A DNA stretch of 32,000 nt from positions 867,329 through 899,328 of the forward strand of contig CAZKBG010000001.1 in the NCBI GenBank assembly GCA_964551375.1. The letters are read 5' to 3'. The translations under genes and the position numbers were made by a program. Within the stretch, counting starts at the first letter, position 1. Every line of letters starts with the position of its first letter. Shown here piece by piece: positions 23,530-32,000 of this stretch. Origin of the DNA: an uncultured archaeon (GTDB taxonomy: Archaea > Iainarchaeota > Iainarchaeia > Iainarchaeales > JAAZKV01). A model generated the notes under the pieces. That model did no database searches, had not been told where the DNA came from, and was given only the letters and a program-made list of their open reading frames with translations.

Positions 23530-24993
23530 ATGTCTTGGGAATTAATGGAATCATATTTAAGAAATAAGAATATTGCACAAATGGAGATTGACTCATTTAA
23601 CCAATTCATAGATCAAAAATTAACTGACATTGTTCAAGAGAACGCCCTAATTGTTCCAAAAATCGAAGAAGTAAGAATTGAACTTTCTAATATTGAACTT
23701 GACAAGCCAAAAATCATTGAAGCTGACGGCTCCCCAAGAGACGAATTCACTCCAATGGAAGCAAGACTAAGAAACAGAACATACGCAGGACCAATTTACT
23801 TAACTATGAGACTTTTTAGAAGAGATGTTGAACAAGACGCAAGAAGAACATACATTGGAGATTTGCCAATAATGGTAAAATCAAATTTATGCTGGTTAAA
23901 TGGAAAAAGCCCTGAAGAATTAACCGAAATGGGCGAAGATCCAAAAGACTTTGGCGGATATTTTATTGTAAACGGAAGCGAAAAAGCATTAATGACACAA
24001 GAAGTGCTTTCAAGCGACAGAGTATTAATTTCTGAAGGAGAAAAAGGAGTTGTTGCAGAAGTTATCTCAACTAGAGGTGCGTTTAAAGGAAGAGTAAGAA
24101 TACTAAGATCAAACGAAGGATTAATTTACGCATCATTCCCAACAAGCCCAAAGAAACTTTCACTATTCTCATTATTCAAAGCGCTAGGGCTTAAAACAAA
24201 AAAAGATATTTTTGACGCATTCCCTGAACAAATTGAAATACAAAACGACTTATTATTGAACTGGGAAGAATGCGAAATCAATACTGAAGAAGAAGCGCTT
24301 GATAAGATTGGTAAATTCGTTGCTCCAGGACAGGTAATTGATTACAGATTAAGAAGAGCAAAAGAAGTAATAGACGGATTTTTGCTTCCTCACATCGGAC
24401 AGGACGAGCCTGCAAGACTTGCTAAAGCATATTACTTGGCAATGATGGCAACAAAAGCTATCGAACGCTCATACGGATTAAGAGGAAAAGACGATAAGGA
24501 CCATTACACAAACAAAAGACTTGAACTATCAGGAAAGTTAATGGAACACTTATTCAGATACTCATTCAAGTACTTTGTAAAAGATTTGAGATTCCAGATT
24601 GACAGAACTGTAACAAGAAGAAGAAAATTAAACATTTCAACAATCGTAAGACCTGGAGCAGTAAGCGAAAGAATCAAATTCGCAATGAGCACAGGAAACT
24701 GGATTGGAAGAAGCACTGGTGTTGCAAAATTCATGGATAGAGTAAATTACCTGGCTCCATTAACAGACTTAAGAAAAGTAAAATCACAATTAAGCAAAAC
24801 AAGAGAATTATACGAAGCACGTGACGTTCACGGAACACACTGGGGAAGACTTGATCCAATAGAAACTCCTGACGGACCGCAGTGCGGACTAGTAAAAAAT
24901 CTCTGCTTCATGGCGGAAGTAACAACAGAAGCAAAAGAAACTCCTGTTGAAGAATTTTTGCACAAACAGGGAGTAAAGTTAAAAAAATTATAA
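23530..24993 (+). CDS. rpoB2: DNA-directed RNA polymerase subunit B'' (N-terminal half of split Rpo2)
   Basis: ATG 23530 with GGTGA 6 nt upstream; the track GTG 23521 lies inside the SD. IDSFNQFI, FTPMEARLRNRTYAGPIY, GGYFIVNGSEKAL, HYTNKRLELSG, and the C-terminal end ...IETPDGPQCGLVKNL. Position in the operon supports the call. Confidence 0.95.
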   Translation: MSWELMESYLRNKNIAQMEIDSFNQFIDQKLTDIVQENALIVPKIEEVRIELSNIELDKPKIIEADGSPRDEFTPMEARLRNRTYAGPIYLTMRLFRRDVEQDARRTYIGDLPIMVKSNLCWLNGKSPEELTEMGEDPKDFGGYFIVNGSEKALMTQEVLSSDRVLISEGEKGVVAEVISTRGAFKGRVRILRSNEGLIYASFPTSPKKLSLFSLFKALGLKTKKDIFDAFPEQIEIQNDLLLNWEECEINTEEEALDKIGKFVAPGQVIDYRLRRAKEVIDGFLLPHIGQDEPARLAKAYYLAMMATKAIERSYGLRGKDDKDHYTNKRLELSGKLMEHLFRYSFKYFVKDLRFQIDRTVTRRRKLNISTIVRPGAVSERIKFAMSTGNWIGRSTGVAKFMDRVNYLAPLTDLRKVKSQLSKTRELYEARDVHGTHWGRLDPIETPDGPQCGLVKNLCFMAEVTTEAKETPVEEFLHKQGVKLKKL

Positions 24994-25006
24994 AAAATCA
25001 GAATAA

Positions 25007-25031
25007 AAAGCGCGAAGAAATTTTGCGCTTT
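25007..25031 (+). other. Stable stem-loop in the rpoB''-rpoB' spacer
   Basis: AAAGCGCGAAG-aaa-TTTTGCGCTTT: up to 11 pairs (7 Watson-Crick GC-rich/AT pairs, then G-U, A-U, A-U, G-U) with a 3-nt loop. It is followed by the AT-rich TTAATTATATTT and the SD GGGTGAGG. Confidence 0.5.
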
Positions 25032-25080
25032 AATTATATTTAGGTGTTGAAGGAAAAAAATAATTTGTGGGTGAGGAAAA

Positions 25081-26895
25081 ATGGCAACGATAGCAAAGGT
25101 TTACATCAATGGAAGGTTAATCGGATTTCACGAAAATCCTGAAGAGCTGACTCAAAAAATAATTGACGCAAGAAGACAAAGTAAACTTCCAATCCAGATG
25201 AACGTATCCCACCACAAAGACACTAATGAAATATACCTAAACACCGACGCAGGAAGACTGCAAAGACCTGTAATTGTAGTAAAAAACGGAAAAAGCGCTT
25301 ACACTCCTGAACTTGCAAAACAAGTAAAGGAAGGAAAATTATCATTCAACCAGTTAGTTGAAATGGGCGTAATTGAATACCTTGATTCTGAAGAAGAAGA
25401 AAACGCACTGGCTGCGCAGGACGAAAGCCAGATTACAAAAGAAACAACTCATCTTGAAATTGACGGAGCAGCAACACTAAGTGTGATAACAAGCTTAGTT
25501 CCATACGTACAGCACAACATGGCTGGAAAGGCACTGCACGGAGCAAAGATGTTTAAGCAGGCAATCGGAATGGGAGCAATCAACTACAAAATAAGACACG
25601 ACACAGAAGGATACATGCTTTACTACCCAGAAAAAAACTTGGTAAAAACAAAAACAATGGATTTTATTGAACTAGACAAAAGACCTCAAAGCCAAAACTT
25701 TGTAATGGCAGTAATGCCATACTACGGCTTCAACACAATGGATGCAATAATTTTAAACAAAGGAGCAATCGATAGAGGACTTGCAAGAGCTTCATACTTT
25801 AGAAATTACGAAACAATTGAACAGAGATACCCAGGCGGGCAGAGAGACAAATTCGAAATACCAACAGAAGAAAAAGTTGGGTACGTAGAAGAAGACAACT
25901 ATAAAAAATTAGGCCCTGACGGAATCATACAGCTTGAACAGAGAATTGAAGAAGACGAAGCAATAATCGGAAAAACTTCCCCTCCAAGATTCTTTGAAGA
26001 AATGACTGAATTTGGGGTAGATGAAGAAAAAAGAAGAGACGCTTCACTAACTATTAGAAAAGGAAAACCAGGATACATTGACACAGTAATGATGACAGAA
26101 GCAGAAGACGGAAGCAGACTTGTAAAAGTAAAAGTAAGAACTCCGTTAATTCCAGCAGTTGGAGACAAACTTGCATCAAGACACGGACAAAAAGGTGTTG
26201 TGGCAATGATTGTTCCAGAAGAAGACATGCCATTCACAATTGATGGAATAAAGCCGGACCTCATAATTAACCCTCACTCAATCCCATCAAGAATGACAAT
26301 GGGACACTTATTAGAAATGTTGGGCGGAAAAGCAGGCGCTGCGGCAGGAAAAATAATTGACGGAACACCGTTCAATTCAACTCCAATGCTTGAACTTGAA
26401 GCGCTATTACGCGAAAACGGATTTAGAGGAGACGGAATGGAAATCTTCTATGACGGAATCAGCGGAAAAAGAATTGAAGGAGAAATATTTACTGGTGTAA
26501 TTGCAACTCAGAAACTTTACCACGTAGTAACACACAAACTGCAGGCAAGAGCAAGAGGACCTGTGCAGGTTTTGACAAGACAGCCAACCGAAGGAAAAGA
26601 AAAAGAAGGCGGACTAAGATTTGGAGAAATGGAAGGCGAAACACTTGTCGGACACGGAGCTGCAATGCTGCTTCACGAAAAACTAATCGAAGACTCAGAC
26701 AAGACAGTTGAACTTGTATGCGAAAAATGCGGAGTAATAGCGGTAAACGACGAAATAAGAAGAAAAAGATACTGCCCTCTTTGCAAAACTACAGCAGTAT
26801 ATCCTGTAGAAATGTCATACGGTTTCAAACTACTGCTTGAGGAATTAAAAGCATTAGGAATAATGGGCAAAATAAACTTAGTGGACAAGGTGTAA
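25081..26895 (+). CDS. rpoB1: DNA-directed RNA polymerase subunit B' (C-terminal half of split Rpo2)
   Basis: GDKLASRHGQKGVV, PDLIINPHSIPSRMTMG, LYHVVTHKLQARARGP, GGLRFGEMEGETL, and the C-terminal Zn motif CEKCG...CPLCK. SD GGGTGAGG lies upstream. Confidence 0.96.
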   Translation: MATIAKVYINGRLIGFHENPEELTQKIIDARRQSKLPIQMNVSHHKDTNEIYLNTDAGRLQRPVIVVKNGKSAYTPELAKQVKEGKLSFNQLVEMGVIEYLDSEEEENALAAQDESQITKETTHLEIDGAATLSVITSLVPYVQHNMAGKALHGAKMFKQAIGMGAINYKIRHDTEGYMLYYPEKNLVKTKTMDFIELDKRPQSQNFVMAVMPYYGFNTMDAIILNKGAIDRGLARASYFRNYETIEQRYPGGQRDKFEIPTEEKVGYVEEDNYKKLGPDGIIQLEQRIEEDEAIIGKTSPPRFFEEMTEFGVDEEKRRDASLTIRKGKPGYIDTVMMTEAEDGSRLVKVKVRTPLIPAVGDKLASRHGQKGVVAMIVPEEDMPFTIDGIKPDLIINPHSIPSRMTMGHLLEMLGGKAGAAAGKIIDGTPFNSTPMLELEALLRENGFRGDGMEIFYDGISGKRIEGEIFTGVIATQKLYHVVTHKLQARARGPVQVLTRQPTEGKEKEGGLRFGEMEGETLVGHGAAMLLHEKLIEDSDKTVELVCEKCGVIAVNDEIRRKRYCPLCKTTAVYPVEMSYGFKLLLEELKALGIMGKINLVDKV

Positions 26896-26915
26896 AATCA
26901 GGTATTAAATTTTTA

Positions 26916-26942
26916 GGGTGTAGAATAGGCGGGTGTAGAATA
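26916..26942 (+). repeat. Tandem duplication of the SD-containing 12-mer GGGTGTAGAATA upstream of rpoA'
   Basis: GGGTGTAGAATA (26916-26927), ggc, GGGTGTAGAATA (26931-26942). The final A of copy 2 is the A of the rpoA' ATG. Confidence 0.8.
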
Positions 26943-29563
26943 TGATAATGAAAAAAATCGGAAGCGTTGATTTCAATTTCCTGGATCCGGAAACAGTAAG
27001 AAAAATGAGTGCAATAGAAATAAAGACTCCTGAAACTTACGACAAAGACGGATACCCAATGGAAGGCGGATTAATGGACCCGCACTTAGGAGTAATTAAC
27101 CCCGGAATAAAATGCAAAACCTGCGGACAGACAATGAAGAACTGCTCAGGACACTTCGGACACCTAGAATTAGAACGCCCAGTAATACACTCAGAATTCG
27201 GAAGAAGAATTGAATTATTAATGAACTGCACATGCAAAGAATGCGGACACCTTTTAATCGCAGACGAACAAATCAAGAAATTAAACGAAGGCGGAAAAGG
27301 AAAAGTAAGCGATTACACAAAAAGAATTTTACTAAAAGCAAAAAATGCTAAAAAGTGCCCACACTGCAGCGCAGCGGTGCACAAAACACAGCTTGACAAA
27401 CCAACAAACTTTTACTTCAACAAGGAAAGAATCTATCCTACTCAGATAAGAGAATGGGTAGAAAAAATTCCTGAAGAACATTTGAAGCTGCTTGGATATG
27501 ACACTACAAGAATCAGACCCGAATGGTTCATCTTAACTTCACTGCAAGTACCTCCAATCACAATCAGACCAAGTATCACACTTGAATCAGGAATAAAATC
27601 TGAAGATGATTTGACTCACAAATTAGTTGATATTATTAGAATCAATAATAGACTTAAGGACAATATTGAAGCAGGAGCACCGCAGTTAATCATAGAAGAC
27701 TTGTGGGACTTGCTACAGTACCACGTAACAACATACTTTGACAACAACACAGCAGGAGTTCCTCCGGCTAAACACAGAAGCGGACGACCTCTAAGAACAA
27801 TTATACAGAGATTAAAAGGAAAGAAAGGAAGATTTAGGTACAATTTGACTGGAAAGAGAGTAAATCACGCAGCAAGATCTACAATCGTTCCTGATCCATA
27901 CATTGACATTTCAGAACTTGGAGTTCCTGAAGAAGCGGCAAAAGAATTAACCGTTCCGGAATTTGTTACTGAATGGAATTTAGAAACAATGAAGAAAATG
28001 GTTGAAAAAAGCGACAAGCCAGTTTACATTATCAGACCAAATGGAACAAGAAGAAAAGTAAGCGAAGAAAACAGAGAAGAAATTTCAAAAGAACTTGATA
28101 TTGGATACAGAGTAGAAAGAAACCTTGAAAACGGAGACATTGTTCTATTCAATAGACAACCATCACTGCACAGAATATCAATGATGGCGCACTACGCAAG
28201 AATAATGCCGGGCAAAGTTTTCAGAATCAACCCAATCGTATGTCCTCCATACAACGCGGACTTTGATGGGGATGAAATGAACTGCCACGTTCCACAAACA
28301 GAAGAAGGAAAAGCAGAAGCAAAAAAACTAATGCTTGTAAGAGACCAAATCATTTCTCCAAGATACGGTAGCCCAGTAATTGCGCCAAAGGAAGACGGCG
28401 TAAGCGGATGCTTCACACTGACAATGCCACAAACAACATTCACAAAAGAAGAAGCAATGCAATTACTTTTCTCAATTGGAGTAACTGATTTGCCAAAAGC
28501 AGACAAAGGCAAAATGTATTCGGGAAAATTAATCTTCTCGCAGATACTTCCAAAAGATTTGAACCTTGAATTTGAATCATTCACAAGCAAGGTATTCAAA
28601 GACGCAGGATACACTCAAGCTGACTCAAAAATAATCAGCGAAATAATGGAAAAAGTAAAAATAGTTGACGGAAAACTTGTAAGCGGAGTAATTGACTCAT
28701 CAGCCCTAAGCGAAGGCAGAGGAAGATTAGTTGACACTCTTGCAAGAGAATACCCAAGCACAGTGATTGAAGAATTCTACAGAGGAATAAACAGAATCAC
28801 AGCATATCTATTAACACACAAAGGAATGACTGCATCACTCTCAGAATTTGAAGTAAGCGATGAAATTGAAGAGCTGAAGAAAAAAGTAATCAGCGATGCA
28901 ATGAAAAAAGCTGAAGTAATAGTTGAACAATACGAAAAAGGAACGCTGGACGTAATCCCGGGAAGAACAATCCTTGAAAGTTTCGAACTTTACATGGTGA
29001 GAATCGCGGGAGAAGCAAAAGACAAAGTGGAAAAAGCAATCCTAAAAGAAAAACTTCACTTCGTGATAGGCGAAGAAATAACACTAAACACAATCTCAAT
29101 GATCCTGGCAAAATCAAGAGGAAGCTCAATTAACCTGATGAACATTGCAGGATTCTGGGGACAGGCAAGCGTAAGAGAAGGAAGACCAAAGAAAGGATTC
29201 TACAAGAGACTAATCACATCAAACGAAAAAGGAGATGTTGGATTACTCGCAGGAGGATTCATAAGATCAAACTTCCTTGACGGAATGAACGCAAAAGAGT
29301 ACTTCTACCACTCAATGGGTGGAAGACAGGGAGAAGTTGACACAGGTGTATCAACAAAAGTATCAGGATACCTGTACAGAAGACTCGCAAACTCATTAAA
29401 GGACTTAGTAGCAGCTCCTGACGGAACAGTAAGAACAGCATCAAACATGCTTGTTCAATACCAGTACGGAGAAGACGGCGTATTCCCTAAGAACACAAAA
29501 GGCGGAATGAGCGTTGATGTAAAAGAAGAATACAAGAAGCTCAAAGACAAGGGCTCCTTGTAA
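26942..29563 (+). CDS. rpoA1: DNA-directed RNA polymerase subunit A' (Rpo1N)
   Basis: Zn motifs CKTCGQTMKNCSGHFGH and CKECGH. NRQPSLHRISMMAH and the catalytic YNADFDGDEMN. Length (873 aa) is typical. Confidence 0.96.
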   Translation: MIMKKIGSVDFNFLDPETVRKMSAIEIKTPETYDKDGYPMEGGLMDPHLGVINPGIKCKTCGQTMKNCSGHFGHLELERPVIHSEFGRRIELLMNCTCKECGHLLIADEQIKKLNEGGKGKVSDYTKRILLKAKNAKKCPHCSAAVHKTQLDKPTNFYFNKERIYPTQIREWVEKIPEEHLKLLGYDTTRIRPEWFILTSLQVPPITIRPSITLESGIKSEDDLTHKLVDIIRINNRLKDNIEAGAPQLIIEDLWDLLQYHVTTYFDNNTAGVPPAKHRSGRPLRTIIQRLKGKKGRFRYNLTGKRVNHAARSTIVPDPYIDISELGVPEEAAKELTVPEFVTEWNLETMKKMVEKSDKPVYIIRPNGTRRKVSEENREEISKELDIGYRVERNLENGDIVLFNRQPSLHRISMMAHYARIMPGKVFRINPIVCPPYNADFDGDEMNCHVPQTEEGKAEAKKLMLVRDQIISPRYGSPVIAPKEDGVSGCFTLTMPQTTFTKEEAMQLLFSIGVTDLPKADKGKMYSGKLIFSQILPKDLNLEFESFTSKVFKDAGYTQADSKIISEIMEKVKIVDGKLVSGVIDSSALSEGRGRLVDTLAREYPSTVIEEFYRGINRITAYLLTHKGMTASLSEFEVSDEIEELKKKVISDAMKKAEVIVEQYEKGTLDVIPGRTILESFELYMVRIAGEAKDKVEKAILKEKLHFVIGEEITLNTISMILAKSRGSSINLMNIAGFWGQASVREGRPKKGFYKRLITSNEKGDVGLLAGGFIRSNFLDGMNAKEYFYHSMGGRQGEVDTGVSTKVSGYLYRRLANSLKDLVAAPDGTVRTASNMLVQYQYGEDGVFPKNTKGGMSVDVKEEYKKLKDKGSL

Positions 29564-29582
29564 ATTATTTTTAGCTGACTAA

Positions 29583-30983
<1,401 letters not shown>

Positions 30984-31062
30984 AAGATAGGATTGATTAA
31001 AGTTAAGGGATTTGGCGGGAAAAAGCTTCTCGCCAGATTTTTAAACCTTGGCTAAAGTTAAG

Positions 31063-31072
31063 TTTTATATTA
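31063..31072 (+). promoter_or_regulatory. TATA-like element inside the rpoA''-rpl30e spacer
   Basis: TTTTATATTA lies ~95 nt upstream of the rpl30e ATG. This would give a ~70-nt leader containing the hairpin GAGTAA-n12-TTACTC (31096-31119) and the SD GGTGA. Confidence 0.3.
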
Positions 31073-31165
31073 AAGCCTTGAGAAGCATTAGAGCGGAGTA
31101 AGGTTAGAAAAGATTACTCATTCTAAGTTCGCGTTTTAGGGCTCATAACAGCAAAAGGTGAAATT

Positions 31166-31462
31166 ATGAGCGTAGATGCAAATAAGGAAATAAGAAGAGC
31201 AGTAGACACAGGAAAAGTAGCGTTCGGATTCAAACAATGCAAGAAAAAAATGCTTGCAAACGAAGGCGAAATGCTAATCGTGTCAAAAAACATGCCGAAA
31301 AACGATAGAGAAACTCTAAAGCAGATAGCAACAGTTGAAAGCAAAAAATACTACGAATACGACGGAACAGGACTAGTTCTTGGAAGCGTATGCGGAAAGC
31401 CGTTTGTTATATCAACAATGCTAATCCTTGACGCAGGAAAAAGCAAAGTGCTTGAAATCTAA
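31166..31462 (+). CDS. rpl30e: 50S ribosomal protein L30e
   Basis: IRRAVDTGKVAFGFKQCKK...ETLKQIA...Y.YDGTGLVLGSVCGKPFVISTMLILDAG fits L30e. Its operon position after rpoA'' is conserved in archaea. Confidence 0.92.
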   Translation: MSVDANKEIRRAVDTGKVAFGFKQCKKKMLANEGEMLIVSKNMPKNDRETLKQIATVESKKYYEYDGTGLVLGSVCGKPFVISTMLILDAGKSKVLEI

Positions 31463-31527
31463 AAATGGCGTGAATTTGCTGTAATTAATTTTGCAGCAAA
31501 ATTATTTTTATAAAATTGGTGGGCGAA

Positions 31528-31923
31528 ATGAAACTAACAATGGACGACTTATTATTAATGAGCGCGCTTGAAAAAGTTACAGGCGTCAGCGCAAAAGACT
31601 GCTTAGTTGAAGGACAATTGGTTTCATTCTTGATTAACGAAAAAGACATGGGCAAAGCAATAGGAAAAAAAGCAATAAATGTGAAAACCCTGCAGGAAAA
31701 GCTAAATAAAAGAATAGAACTGCTCCCTTATTTTGAAAAAGCGGAAGATGTATTTGCAAAATCACTTGAAATTGACTACGTTACTGCAAGAAAAACAGCT
31801 GATAAAATAATTGTAATGCTTGATGCGCAGAATAAGGCAAAAGCATTCAAAAACAACTCCAGAATAAAAAGAGTTAGAGAAATAATTCAGAGAAATTTTG
31901 GACTTGAACTAGTTATAAGTTAA
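31528..31923 (+). CDS. nusA: Archaeal NusA-like transcription termination/antitermination factor (two KH domains)
   Basis: ATG 31528 with GGTGG upstream; the track start is TTG 31516. LMSALEKVTGVSAKDCLVEG...FLINEKDMGKAIGKKAINVKTLQEKLNKRIEL and a second KH-like half. Its conserved position after rpl30e supports the call. Confidence 0.88.
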   Translation: MKLTMDDLLLMSALEKVTGVSAKDCLVEGQLVSFLINEKDMGKAIGKKAINVKTLQEKLNKRIELLPYFEKAEDVFAKSLEIDYVTARKTADKIIVMLDAQNKAKAFKNNSRIKRVREIIQRNFGLELVIS

Positions 31924-32000
31924 AAGAACTGCTATGCTAAACTGGATATTTCTCCATAAGTGCCTGGCTAAAATTGTTAGGCTTATTAGTTGGGTTTTTT

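Noticed and set aside
31934-32000. ORF starting ATG 31934 (MLNWIFLHKCLAKIVRLISWVF...) at the position where rps12 usually follows nusA
   Set aside because: The 22 visible codons do not resemble S12 and the ORF runs off the window, so there is too little sequence to call.

Overview
AT-rich archaeal chromosomal fragment (about 35-40% GC on the lines I hand-counted). It is gene-dense and most consistent with a small-genome DPANN-type archaeon. Right third (23.2-31.9 kb, + strand): the conserved archaeal transcription operon rpoH - rpoB'' - rpoB' - rpoA' - rpoA'' - rpl30e - nusA, with split B and split A subunits. Operon-internal genes carry GGTGA-type Shine-Dalgarno sites. Many first genes have a TATA box about 25-30 nt upstream of the ATG, which suggests leaderless mRNAs. 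Left 6.6 kb (- strand): a type IV pilus-like operon with three short class-III-signal pilins, a 758-aa pilin-like protein carrying a vWA/MIDAS domain, a Cys/Ser/Asn-rich 322-aa pilin-like protein, a small possible winged-helix protein, and a FlaI/PilB-family ATPase. The ATPase runs off the window edge and is missing from the ORF track, so I translated it by hand. Middle: a PPC/DUF296 protein, a Tat-signal secreted protein, a complete AmmeMemoRadiSam trio, a 750-aa secreted cysteine-rich protein with tandem Kazal-type modules, a NOL1/NOP2/Sun RNA m5C methyltransferase and two orphan genes. These are followed by a GNAT - minimal [FeFe]-hydrogenase-like - radical SAM/SPASM cluster, an Ig-like-repeat surface protein, a U32-family protein and a DUF2203-like protein. 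I could not recognise any rRNA, tRNA, CRISPR array, transposase or integrase. Best candidates for new biology: (1) the hydrogenase-like/SPASM/GNAT cluster, (2) the pilus operon with a vWA pilin, (3) the archaeal Kazal protein, (4) the acidic N-terminal extension on RpoA''. All family calls come from motif reading by eye, with no database search.
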